Source of the DNA: Octopus vulgaris
Taxonomy: Eukaryota
Direction: 5' to 3'
Assembly: GCA_951406725.2 (NCBI GenBank)
Contig: OX597832.1
Span: forward strand, 11,470,001 to 11,534,000
DNA length: 64,000 bases
In this document: in pieces, positions 11,156-23,597 of the stretch
Position numbering within the stretch: position 1 is the first letter of the stretch
Layout: every line of letters starts with the position of its first letter
Program-made: the position numbers and the translations under genes
Notes under the pieces: generated by a model
Seen by the model: only the letters and a program-made list of their open reading frames with translations
What the model was told of the DNA's origin: nothing
Databases searched by the model: none

Positions 11156-11324
11156 CTACTTCCTTCACTTGTAGACATTCTAGTGTCATGTAAAATTTAA
11201 TTATTGTCGAAGATACATGGCACTTCATAATTATATTTATATATATTCATATAAACTGTCATGGATACTTCGACAATAATTAAATTTCAGATGACACTAG
11301 AACGTCTACATGTGAAGGAAGTAG
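11156..11324. repeat. Imperfect 67-bp inverted repeat (MITE or fold-back remnant)
   Basis: 11156-11222 is the approximate reverse complement of 11257-11324, with an AT-rich spacer. Confidence 0.8.
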
Positions 11325-11744
11325 CTTAACACAAATAATTTGCATTTGATATACATGCATGTTAGTGTCAACCGGGAATATATTATGAACAATAATGAAG
11401 ACTTAGAAAATACTTCGTGAGTGATGTACAGTAACTTTGCACGCAACCAAATATTATTTGTCAATAATGTACGCTACGAAAACTATTCTGTTCTAAAAGT
11501 AAACCACTTCGTAGCTCTTCACACTACAGATCTAATGCCAGATGACATCTGATTGCCGATGTTGAAGTTTCCCGGAATAGTGATACATCATTATGCTTAT
11601 TGCAATGTAGATTCTATAGAATATTAAAGCGGCGTGAATATCTTCATCTTGGAGTAATCTTTTGACTTTTCAAGTTGAAATTAGAACTTATTATGACATT
11701 GATTTTCACAACATGAAATATCAAGTGCATAAATATGACTGACA

Positions 11745-11890
11745 AATTTTGGCACAAGGCCAGTAATTTCGGTTGATGGATAGGGTGGGGTGGGGGTATC
11801 TGGAAAGGAATGTAACTCAATTACATCGCCCCACTCCGTCCTCAACTGCTACTCATTTTGTCGATACCCCAAAAGGATGAAAGTCAATTC
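11745..11890 (-). mobile_element. Decayed group A SINE 3' part
   Basis: caaattttggcacaaggcc tail and cccaaaaggatgaaagtcaa centre in reverse orientation. Confidence 0.6.
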
Positions 11891-11968
11891 ATTATCGCTG
11901 TTGATGTTGCTACTACTACTACTACTACTACTATACTACTACTACTACTACTACTGTTAATATGAGAA

Positions 11969-12802
11969 TGAGCCGGCAGAATCGTTAGACTGCCGGGAAA
12001 ATGCTTAGCGGCATTTCGTCCGTGTTTATTCTGAATTCGCATTCCACCACGTTCGACATTTCAAAGATCGATAAAATAAGTATCAGCTAAATACTTGGGT
12101 CTTTGTTATTGGTTTACCCTGCCCCCCAAAATCATTGGCCTTTTGCCAAAATTTGAAATCATCATTATTATTACTAAAATTATCATGGTGGCGAGATGGC
12201 AGAATCGTTAGCACGCCGAGGATAATACTTCACAGCATTCCGTCAGTCTTTACGATCTGAGTTCAAATTCATCCAAAGTTGACTTTGATTTTCATGCTTT
12301 CGGGATCGATAAAATTATTTTCAACTGAGTACTAGAGTCGATATAAGTGGCTAGACTCCATAAACGAAATTGCTAGCCTGCTGCAAAAATTTGAAGGCAT
12401 TATTACAAAGGTGTGCTTTCAGAATTGTTAGCGAACCGGGAAAATGCAAAACAGCATTTCATCCGTCTTTTTGTTCTGAGTTCAAAGTCTGTCGAGATCG
12501 ACTTTGACTTTCCTTCCTTTTGTATGTTTCGGTCATTATCCCATTGCCTGAAATTACTTTCCTGGCACCAAATTTTAATCCATTATTAAGACAAGTAGCT
12601 GGCATAATCATTAGCTGGCTTGAACAAAATGCATGAAAGCCTTTCTTATAGCACCCTCCGTTCTGAATTCTAATTTCAACGAGATCGACTTTGTCTTTCA
12701 TCCTCTCGAATGAATACCAACTGGAACGCAAATGGCGACGTAATCAACTTACAGGCTCTCACAGTTTTCTGGCCTCATGGCAAAATTAGAAAGAATTATT
12801 AT
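11969..12802 (+). mobile_element. Head-to-tail array of four decayed group A SINEs
   Basis: Repeated ggcagaatcgttag...gcatttc...ctgagttcaa...gcc.tg.ccaaaatttgaa(att)n units starting near 11969, 12187, 12408 and 12595. Confidence 0.8.
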
Positions 12803-13459
12803 TAAAGATCGGGATCAGTCAATAAATCACAATAAATTATTGTGTTATTAATGAAAATTTTATCCAAAAAAACCTAAAAGCGAAATCTGAGTAGTGTCTG
12901 TATGGGAAGAATCGCTCATCTGCTACTCATTGACAAATGAGAGACATTGGGATACGATGGTTACTAATTGCACTTTGTATATACGCTTTACATACTTTAT
13001 GCACAATCTTATAGACTTAATACACATCACACATATAATAAATATTCACTATTATTTTTCCATTTTTTCTATAAACAAAAAAATATCCCGTACATATGGT
13101 ACAATCTTTAGTTAAACTGCACATAACTGCCACATAGATTATCTTCAATATTTCACAGAATGGCATTTATGCGCATGCATTAAGTGATAGTTGCTCTAAA
13201 AAATGTAGTTCAATTTTTTAAAATGCACTTTCAATTATCCAGCCACTACCATCACTACATCCACCACTACTCCCACCACCACCATCATTTCACTTTCCCC
13301 CTCTCTCTCTCTTCCTATCTCTCTCCACTTTCTATCCTCTCCCTCTCCCTCCCTCTCTGCCTTTCTTTACTCTCACTACCAGGACGTCAACTGCTAAACT
13401 TATATGTTTAACCCGCCTCCTCTACCTTCAAATAACATTTTTAACTACGTAACAAATAT

Positions 13460-13775
13460 TACGTTCCCCCTAACTCACGTCATGAACACTTACCTTTCAC
13501 TCTTTTTCTTTCTCCTCTCTTTTTCTTCAACTAATCACGCCAAAGCGTTACAATTACATTCCCTCTATTTCACGTCATGGACGCCTCATTTTCTTTCTCT
13601 CTCTTTCCGTCCAACACTTCGCCTTTTTCTCTCTCCTTTTTCTTCCTTCTTTTTTCCGTCAACTAATCACGTCAAAGTATTGAAATTTCATTCCCTCTGC
13701 CTCACATCATGAACACTTATCTCTCCCTCTTTTTCCCTCTCCCTTTTTCCCTCTTACCACGTGAAAGCGTTACCG
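13460..13775. repeat. Three degenerate 100-130 bp tandem units in a pyrimidine-rich element
   Basis: ttccctc...tcacgtcatgaacactta...(CT-rich)...tcaactaatcacg.caaagcgtta recurs three times. Confidence 0.7.
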
Positions 13776-14096
13776 ACGGGCTACGTAACGCAATGACAAA
13801 CAATTATTATTAGCTATATATATTTTTAATGTAAAGCACATACAAGTCTCCAGGGCATAGAGTTTCGTGTGCTGTGTTTAACTATCTAAATTGTAAATTC
13901 TAAAGTTCCTCTTTAAAAAATTGAAAATTAATTTTTTAAATTTTGTTTTCAATTCTTTTTTATTAGAAGTTTAGAATTTTCTATCAGAAATACTGTTGCT
14001 AAGTAACGTGTTAAGCAATATTTTTCACAATATTTCCCATTAAAATGAGTGAAAGTAAGCTATACAAAACCAGCATAAAACACATACAAAAGTAAG

Positions 14097-14136
<40 letters not shown>

Positions 14137-14330
14137 CTGTGTGTGTGTGTGTCTGTGTGCGTATCTATACATTCATACGTACATATAAATATATACATAT
14201 TTATATATATATATATATACATATGTATATTTATACCGTATGTATATATGTATATATGTGTGTATATATATATGTTGTATATATGTATGTATATATCTAT
14301 TTCTCTCTCTCTCTCTCTCTACACACACAT

Positions 14331-14376
<46 letters not shown>

Positions 14377-15140
14377 GTATTTATATACACACACGTAGAC
14401 ACTTACGTGTGGACTGTATGTGTATGAGTGGATAAATAGAAGGAATGGCAGGGTAAGACATATTTTGCGTGATCTGTCGAGATTAAGCAAGAACTAAGGG
14501 GAATGTAATGTCATATAAAAATATAAATGGAACATACGTGTATATGTTTTTCTCAATTAGATGTAAAATTGAAAAATAATTTATTTTCCATCTCGGAATG
14601 TATGTTGAATTTAATTTTGTATAATAAAAGTAAAATGAAATAAATCGAAATGGTCTGAAGGTAGTGAGACAAAGTTTCATTAAAGATTTTTTTTTATGAC
14701 ACATGGAGGAATCAAAAGGGCTGCATCACGTGCTTTATTTACCATTCCGAAACTGTAAATGTCAAATCAACTTTGACAAATTGGAATTAAACACTTTCGG
14801 TGATTTAATAAATTAGCCTGAACAGTGACATGACCGGAATCAAATAAACACCAAATCGCAAAGTTCTTGTTTCTTTTACTGCTACTACTACAACTACTAC
14901 TAATACTAATTACATAACCAGCAGCGCCGCAAACACACAAACACACACACTAAATTTGATAAAATCCTATCAAGACAATATTAGAAACACACCAATCTAT
15001 CTATCTATATATCTATTTATCTATCTATATATCTATATATCTATATATCTATCTATCTATCTATCTCTATATATATATAAACTTACTTGGAGGAAACGAA
15101 ACGACGCGAGGGCGTTCAGTCATATATATATATATATATA

Positions 15141-15480
15141 ATTAAGAGAAATAACCTCCTAAGCAATTCAATAGTGAAAGGCATTATATTATATAGGAAA
15201 TAACTTTTTAATACCATAATAAATATTATTTTAAAAATCACTAAATTGAATAAACATTAAATTGACTTCGCGCGTTTCGTGACTATATCTTTAAATCGAT
15301 AATAATAAAGTTGATACTATTAAAATTAAATGGATTTAAAATTAATTCGATTTAAAAATATAGCCACTTTTCAGGTCTAAAATAATAAAATAAATGTATG
15401 TATCTTAAACATATAATTATTATATTAACAAATAGATATAGAAATATATGTATCGTCACAATAAAGAATCGTATAAAATT
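15141..15480 (-). mobile_element. PLE 3' end abutting (TA)n
   Basis: AT-rich segment ending at a (TA)n tract about 120 nt downstream of a hammerhead-like motif. Confidence 0.55.
15264..15377 (-). ncRNA. Degenerate hammerhead-like motif with very long stem II
   Basis: Minus: GAC CUGAAAA [21-bp stem GUGGCUAUAUUUUUAAAUCGA / UCGAUUUAAAGAUAUAGUCAC] GAAAC GCGC GAA GUC. G8 and U16.1 deviate from consensus. Confidence 0.55.
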
Positions 15481-16047
15481 TAACACACACACATACACAC
15501 ACACAAACACACATATATTGGTATTGATATATTTATGTATGTCTAGAGAATCAAATTTAAATTAGACACGTTTATTCAACTAATTTAGGCTTAATAGAAA
15601 TTGCCGATTACCTTATTGTATCTCCAATAAAACCCTATCTAGACAATATTAGAAACCCAACAATGAGAGCAACAGACATAGACAAATATTTTACTTCACC
15701 TTTATGCATATAAAAACCAAATTGAATAACGAAAGATGTGAATTAATTAAATTATATTCCCGACACCTCATCCTGTGATCTTTTATTGAGAGACAGTTAT
15801 CTTTAAAGATAACTGGCACATATTAATTGTTGTTAAATAGTTAATGTTAATCAACCAGTTTTTGGGGTATTTGCTTCCTATAAACGTGGGTGACTACATC
15901 ATACGATGTTACATGTTTTTTAGTGTATTTTTTTATTTTCTAGAGTGTGGCGATTTCTCCACCTCGAACAACAGGTAAAAAGGCACTTTGTTGATTAATT
16001 ATCACTCCCGACAAATTGTCTTATTATTCGTTCATTATTACACTAAA

Positions 16048-16097
<50 letters not shown>

Positions 16098-17113
16098 TGA
16101 AACACACACACACACAAATATATATATATATATATATAAGTGTATATACTCACCTATATATGCATTTGCTGGAAACTAAGAGATTTACCACATACCATTA
16201 TTCATTTGACACACAAATGACTGGTGAAGGAAAGACAGCATGGGACTACAATTTTTCAATTTACAATATACCGCTTTGGACAAGTATTAAATCTTCTGGC
16301 AAAGTAGAACTATATTAGTGAGAATATATCAATAGAAGTGGTTATTCTGCAAGTCACAAAGAGGGAAAATGAGAAATATTGATATGAGACAGCCGCATGT
16401 GATTAAGATGTAAATGTTGCACTGTACAGAGATGAATTATTTCTGTATTATTTGCAAGGGAATTCAGCCAAAGCTCTGTAAAGGTTATGCTGGTAACAGT
16501 TACATAGCCTATAATTGCCAATTTACTGAGGTTGAATTTGTTCCTATACTTCGACGTACGAGATATTTCTGGTATGTTATTTAATATATTGTAAGTTTAG
16601 ATCTATACGTGACATTTCCTTAAAAATTGTAGGTTGCATATCTTCGGTCTATTAAAATATAAATTTGCATTTGCAACGAGTTACTTATCATTTTCCCTAC
16701 TCTGTAATTTCCAGATGTTTTGCAACATTACATAAATATATACATATATGCAAGCAAACATGCATACATGCACACAAACACGCAAACACATATAAAGCAA
16801 TTATATAGATATACACACTACATATATGTATGTTTATATTTATGTATAAACAGTATAAAGTAACGACCATTTTGCAAACGTGTATGTGTGAATGTGTGTT
16901 TGTATGCTTGTCTGCGCCTGTGCTTGTGTGATTTTACGCCAGTGTTTCCGTCTTTGCAGTAACTGTTCCTGTGCCATCCAAAACCGAATATGATATATTT
17001 CCTCTTATTCTTCCTAGACATCAGTTTACTTATATGTTTCAATAGTGAGGCGTTTTCTGTTTTCGCTTTCCCTTTCTCTCCTTGTTCGTTATGCTAATAT
17101 CTATGTTTTTATG

Positions 17114-17333
17114 AAGGCGGTGAACTCGCAAAATCGTTAACACGCCGGGCAAAGTACGTTGCAGTATTTCATCCGTTTTTACGTTCTGAGTCCAAAAAAT
17201 CCCAATCACCACTTTGCCTTTTATTATTTCAGGGTCGATACAATAAATACCAGTTCAGCACTGGGGTGAATGTAGTCAACTTACCCGCTCCCCTGTAATT
17301 ACTGACCTTGTGCCAAAATTTGAAACCAATATT
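17114..17333 (+). mobile_element. Decayed group A SINE
   Basis: aaggcggtgaactcgcaaaatcgttaacacgccgggc head and ccttgtgccaaaatttgaaacc tail. Confidence 0.8.
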
Positions 17334-18185
17334 TACGTTTGCATGAACTACTGTTACCTCACCTCTATTAATATCGCATTCTAGTCGATGTATTCCACTT
17401 GGTTTTTCTATCTCCATTTGTTTGTTGCCAAGCAACATCAAGTTAATATCCTAACATTTTTCTGGTGAATATATCTGCTTTGTCAAACACTAGAATAAAT
17501 TCTACAACAATACATTTTTTATATTTATTTTAACTCATTAATTTACTGGTATTTAGTTTTTAAAAAAATACTAAAATTTTTAATATCTATATTTCTTTTA
17601 TTTCAGAAAAATCAATAATTTAATGAACATTGTCTTGTGATAAATCTTGCGAGTTAGCCCTTGTCAGTTTTCTGCGTTTACTTTTTTTTAAAGTTCCATT
17701 TAGTTTATTTCAGTGGCTTATTTTTTTTTTATTCCTCTACTATTCTTTATACCTATTGTCACTATGATAATTGACAGACAGGAAAAACGTAGAAGCAGAC
17801 CTTTGTGTGTTAGAAATATAAATTGCAACAAACATTAGATCACTCTATATCTATGAAAGCATTCGAGATGTTGGATAAATGTGAAAACTAAAAGACAGGA
17901 AAATGAATAAAGACAAAAATTGTATGAAAGAAATGTCGACTGAATTGTCATATGTGACAAACTTTAACAAACTAATGTGGGTTGATGTATCAGAAAATAT
18001 TATATCATGACGAGGTTGAAATAAGTTATGCCTGCAGATCAAATAGTTTTTCACCGTTGCAAAATTTTTGAAGATGGCTAATAGCTTACAAATAATCGTT
18101 GGCGTAATATATTCAAAAAATAAAGCAGGCCATTAACCTTATTTGTATATTGGTATCTCCATCTAAACCTACAAATTATGTACCT

Positions 18186-18218
<33 letters not shown>

Positions 18219-18699
18219 CGAACGAACCCACACACACACGAACGCACACACACACACACACACACACGAACGCACATACATACATGCATACACATACACA
18301 ATATTTAGATTGATTTGAAAAGCAAGGCGTGCCTTCCTGAAACATATCTGTATATTTAAATATTCCAAAATATATTTTTAGACGTCATATTCATATAAGA
18401 GCTGAAGATACTAGAGAATACTGTAAAATAAAAAGAAGCTATCAACGCATGAGGAAATACATGTATAAAAGCATGTAAGAAATTTATTTCTAATTCCTCA
18501 AACCGCGATATAAAATATTATTATTTTTATGATTTGGTATCTTCATAATTATTTTAATTCTCGTTCTGAAGAATTACAAATAGAATATTTCTTACATGTA
18601 ACTCCTATCAGGTAATGAAATATATATAATGTCGAGTGAGTAATTACAGAATGTTTTCCAGTCTTTTATGCATGTATATATTCGTTCCCTCTTTTAATT

Positions 18700-18966
18700 G
18701 TTGCATTCATTTGACTGCGGTCACACTGATGCACCAACTAGAAGAGTTATTTAGCCGAGGAAATCAACCACAGGATTTATTTGTTTAAGTATAGTACTTA
18801 TTCTATCGGTCGCTTTTGCCAAACAGCTAAGTTACAGTTACGTAAACACACCAACACCAGTTGTAAACAAGTGACGGGAGGACAATCATAGACACAAAAA
18901 CACACACACAAACATATAACAGGCTTCTCACAGCTTCCGTCTACCAAAACCTTTTCCAAGGATTTG
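18700..18966 (-). mobile_element. Group C SINE, 5'-truncated and decayed
   Basis: Colinear with the reverse complement of about 19920-20170 (catttgactgcgg, tagtacttattctatcggtc, gcttccgtctaccaaa). Confidence 0.75.
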
Positions 18967-19175
18967 CTACGCTTTCAAACACTGTAATGATGTGGAAGGT
19001 GAGTGACATTGGGCGATAGTTGACTGCGAGGGATTTGTTTCCCTGTTTGAAAATCAGAAAGACAGACTGGGAAAGGAACTGTGTCGGTATATAACCTGAG
19101 TCCAAAGAACTTCTCAAGAGGTTGGCCAGAGGGACTGCAAGTTGGAATATATATTCCTTCAGGAGACTAGCGGGC
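18967..19175 (-). mobile_element. CR1-like LINE reverse transcriptase fragment
   Basis: PASLLKE..QLAVPLANLLRSSLDSGYIP...V.LIFKQGNKSLAVNYRPMSLT matches non-LTR RT domains 0-2. Confidence 0.85.
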
Positions 19176-19804
19176 AGTGTATGTATGTATGGATATATGT
19201 ATGTATATATATGTGTGTGTTTGTGTGTGTGCGTGTGTGTGTTTATGTATGTATGTATAGGTGTATATAAACACAAACACATATATGTATACATGCATGT
19301 AAATATATATATACAAATATACATGCGTATATGTAGATAATGGGTAGATAGGTATGTACGTGCATTCTATTAATGTATGCTTGTGTATATAAGTAAACTG
19401 TTTATTTTATGAATATGTAATAAATATATGTATAATAGTCAAGTATATATTTTATAATAATCTTCAGAAATTCAGGATTTATTCGAGTATGTTCATCATA
19501 ATTCCTTGCTTTGGCGAAATTCCGTGAACACAGAAATCTCAGAATGTATACTACACTAGTATTGTAAATGTCTGTTCTTTTTCCTTTTGAGGTACAGCAA
19601 CCTCTGGGTATCCGGAATGTTACCTTTGAATAATATGTGCTTACTACAATTTTCTGGAGAACTAGTCGTTTGTGAGTATCTCAGGTCATTCTTGATATCA
19701 TAATGAAAATACAAACAACCCATGCATAACCACATAAATATTTCGAGCGCGTGCGTTTGTATGTATAATTCGTTTCTCGTTCCTCCACCTAGAAAAAGAT
19801 AATA

Positions 19805-20195
19805 GGCGTAGGTGTGGCTGTGTGGTAAGTAGCTTGTTTACCAACCACATGGTTCCGGGTTACAGTCCCACTACGTGGCACCTTGGGCAAGTGTCTTCTA
19901 CTATAGCCTCGGGCTGACCAAAGCCTTGTGAGTGGATTTGGTAGACAGACACTGGAAGAAGCCCGTCGTATATATGTTTATATATATGCGTGTGTGTGTT
20001 TGTCCCCCTAGCATTGCTTGACAACCGATGCTGGTGTGTTTATGTCCCCGTAACTAGCAGTTCGGCAAAAGAGACCGATAGAACAAGTACTAGGCTCACA
20101 AAAGAATAAGTTCCGGGGTCGATTTGCTCGATTAAAGGCGATGCTCCAGCATGGCCGCAGTTAAATGACTGAAACAAGTAAAAGAGTAAAGAGAG
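19805..20195 (+). mobile_element. Group C tRNA-headed SINE with CORE-like block and internal (TA)/(TG) tract, full length
   Basis: tggctgtgtgg A box, ggttacagtccc B-box-like, caccttgggcaagtgtctt CORE-like block, (gagtaaaa) tail. Second full copy at 45880-46312. Confidence 0.9.
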
Positions 20196-21308
20196 AGGCT
20201 GAAAAGTGACAGGTCTGTGGGCCAGAGACTCCTGCTAAAGTTAGGGAATGGTTTCTAGCATTGCTATAGCCTTGGGAACTATCCAAAGTACATTATCCAA
20301 CGCTGTCTCCGCATGGAATAAAGCATTTCTGATATTTATTATACCTACAGACACACACACACACAAAAGCATACACACCCATTCACATGCTCACATATCA
20401 GCACTTGTATGTGTGAGAGTGTGTTTGTGTACTTGTGTGTGAAAATTCATTTACCTATACATACGTTCATTCATATATTTATATATAATATCAACGAAGA
20501 AAAACAGTTATTTAATTAAAGTTTTTAATAAGTTTTCTTTTTTTTTTCTTCAAGAAAATCAGAAGTTAATATTAGATCACCATATAAATACAATACCAAA
20601 TGAACATTTAATTTAAAAGAACGTCTGCTATATTTTTCATATTTATTTGAAATGAATGAAATCAGAAAAGCTTTTGATGACAAACTCATTGAAATCTTTC
20701 ACTGAATTCCGAAAATGAAAAAAAAAAAAAAAAAAAAAGAAGTGTATATATTATTATTGTTCATCCCCTCCATCTATATTATGCTAAATTCATTGTGTGA
20801 TGTTATGGAAAATCGAATTCAACCATGAATAAGAACTTCTACAAAGTTTCATCAATTTATATTTGAAAACGAAGAATAAAATTCATAATGAAGAAAACAC
20901 AAAGACATATAGATTGTAATAAACCTTTGTCTGAATCTCCCTCACTCTTCTTTGTCTCTCTCCTTCTCTCTCCGTATATATATATATATATATACATACG
21001 AACACACATATGTTTATCCATATATCCATAATATGTATGTATATATATATATATATATATATATAGATGTATATATATACACATATATGTACATCCATAT
21101 ATCCATAATATATATATAATAAATGTATATATATATATATATATAGATGTATATATATACACATATATGTACATCCATATATCCATAATATATATATATA
21201 TACAGAGAGAGAGAGAGAGAGAGAGAGATGTATAGGTATGTATTAGTAAGTACATATTAATATGTATATTTATGTGTGTGTGGGGTATATGTATGTATAA
21301 GTAACTAC

Positions 21309-21346
<38 letters not shown>

Positions 21347-21989
21347 ACAGTATATGTACTATGTTCTAGCTGATCACTAGGAATGTTCGTGTGGTGAAAA
21401 TTAATTTGATGGGAGATGTATTCCGGGCTACTTATCAATTTTACTCAACCTAAGTAACTCTTAGATGATTCAGCATCAGCATAGAAGAGTTCAATTTATA
21501 TTTTAATTTAATTTTAAAAATTTATTGTAATTTCAAGGCAGCCCCGCACCTACACGAATCCATTCATTCCGAATCTGCCGTATGCAAAGAAACCACATTT
21601 AATTGAAAAGGCTATCGAGTAAAATATAAAGAAGGAAAAGAAAATATATATATTGCGTAAGAAAAAATGCGTAAATAATCTAGGAATCAACGTGAAAGTT
21701 AGAACTAGATATTAGCCTGAACAGAAATGTTTCTCTGAATATGATTACTAGCGTCACCGTACATACTTAATCAGTCAATTACAACGGTAGACTTGTTGAA
21801 AACTATAAATGCTTACATACATAGTAGTATGACGAAGCTGTGTGTGTGAGAGAGAGAGAGAGAGTAAATTCAGACACAGGCACAGAAATATTTAATTAAG
21901 TTTATTATTTTAAATCAAGTTTAAAAATAACAAGAATATATTTAGTGACGCCGAAACAGTAGCCACAATAAATTAAATTTATTAGAAAA

Positions 21990-22381
21990 CTAGCAGTATA
22001 GCCCGGCGTTGCTCGGCTTTGTTTTCTTTTCGACCCTCTAGAATTGGAATTTTTGAAAAGTAAAAATGTTGTATTATGTAGCTTGTTATTCTCTTTAAGT
22101 AAACATTTTTCTGGTTGAAATACACAGACAAATAGCGACATAAGTCAAAAATCGTAAAAAAATAGGGATTTTCATAGAAAAAAGCACTTTTTTGTTGTAA
22201 ATAATTTTTGGTCTTAACATGGTCCGATTTGAAGTTTTTCTTCTACGGAATGAAGAGCAAGCCTTCTTCTATCATACGCTCAATTTTGGTCAACTTGCGC
22301 CGCAGGGTCTCGGAGGCGATAGTGTAAGTTGAAGCTAGCAAACCTTCAACACACAGACAACTTCAGCTTTATATATAAAGA
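21990..22381 (-). mobile_element. Non-autonomous Helitron
   Basis: Minus: 5' A|TCtttatatata ... ccgagcaacgccggg hairpin, ctatactgCTAG|T 3'; no TSD. Confidence 0.8.
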
Positions 22382-22607
22382 TTAGTTTTGACTGAGTCTC
22401 AGTTTGATTTGACGGCTTATTCTACTTCTTGAATAGAAATATTTTATCCTTTTTTGCTATAAATGTGAATTCCCCAACTATGCTAAAGTTTTGAATACAT
22501 TTTATCCGGGAATAGATATGTTCATTTGATAGTGCTCGTGTTAAAATGAATGCGTAAGCTGTTTGTTTTATCTAGCTTTTCCACATATCAATATATATAT
22601 TCATATA

Positions 22608-22655
<48 letters not shown>

Positions 22656-22693
22656 TACATACATGCATACTTACATAAACACACACACACACA

Positions 22694-22740
<47 letters not shown>

Positions 22741-22743
<3 letters not shown>

Positions 22744-23035
22744 GCCTAGTGGTTAGAGCAGCGGACTCGCGATTGAGGAATCGTGGGTTTGAATCACAGA
22801 CCGTGCGATGTGTTTGTTTATGAGCGAAACACCGAAGCTCCACGTGGCTCTTCGCCATTACCAGAGGGTAATGGCGAACTTCTGTTGACTCTTTCGCCAC
22901 AACTTTCTCTCACTCTTTCTTCCTGCATCTTGCAGCTTCCCTGCGACGGACCGGCGTCCCATCCAGGTGGGGAACCTGTACGCCAAGGAAACCAGGAAAC
23001 CGGCCCTATGAGCCGAGCGTGGCTCGAGATGGAAC
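22741..23035 (+). mobile_element. tRNA-headed SINE with group B tail and a different centre
   Basis: tggcctagtggttagagc A box, ggtttgaatcac B-box-like; tail cctgcgacggaccggcgtcccatccagg...gaaaccggccc shared with 43640 and 50569. Confidence 0.85.
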
Positions 23036-23045
23036 ACACATAAAC

Positions 23046-23078
<33 letters not shown>

Positions 23079-23124
23079 TGCATGCATGCATGCATGTATA
23101 TGCATGTACGAATGTGTTTGCGTA

Positions 23125-23320
23125 TTAGTTTTTCGAGTGTTGCACTCGTCGTCGTAAGATCGTGATGTCGCTCTTGGAACGGATCATGAGTTGTGTTCTT
23201 GAACAAAACTCTTCATTTATTAAAGTTTGCCCAAATCCATCCAGTTGCCAGAAATGAGTAATCTGGTGTTTTTATTGCACAGAAATAGTAAAACCGGCTT
23301 TATGAGCACAGGTTTTTGGA
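23125..23320 (+). mobile_element. Decayed group B SINE
   Basis: gttgtgttcttgaacaaaact centre, agaaatgagtaa, and aaaccggc tail remnant. Confidence 0.55.
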
Positions 23321-23370
23321 AGAGCCTTTCACCCTTTTCCTTGATTTGTATATACATTTATTCACATATA

Positions 23371-23597
23371 AGATGATGCTGGTAAGTTCTTGACTTTGGG
23401 TAAAAAATAAAAATTAAAATAAAAAAAGAAAGGTGGATCAATTTTGTTTGATTCAGCATAATCATTTCTCAGATTTACAAACTTATTGTAGCGGCCCTTC
23501 GATTTTCTAAGCCCTATAAAAGAACTCGGAAGTTTGAGTCTCCTGCCTGGCCTATCATGATACCTTTAAAACCTGGAACTTTTCAGTAGCCCCATGT
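23371..23597. mobile_element. Degenerate mariner-type MITE, copy 2
   Basis: TIR-like atgctggtaagttcttgacttt ... aaaacctggaacttttcagtagcccc; colinear with 543-738. Confidence 0.65.

Noticed and set aside
11969-12802. Regularly spaced repeats superficially like a CRISPR array
   Set aside because: Units are about 200-bp decayed SINEs; there are no short identical repeats with unique spacers and no cas genes.
18310-18362. ttgaaaa...aaggc-gt-gcctt...gaaac...gta hammerhead-like string
   Set aside because: Stem II register and stem I junction do not fit, and stem III is not palindromic.
22741-22812. tRNA-like sequence with A and B boxes
   Set aside because: SINE head continuing into a SINE body; no intact acceptor stem.
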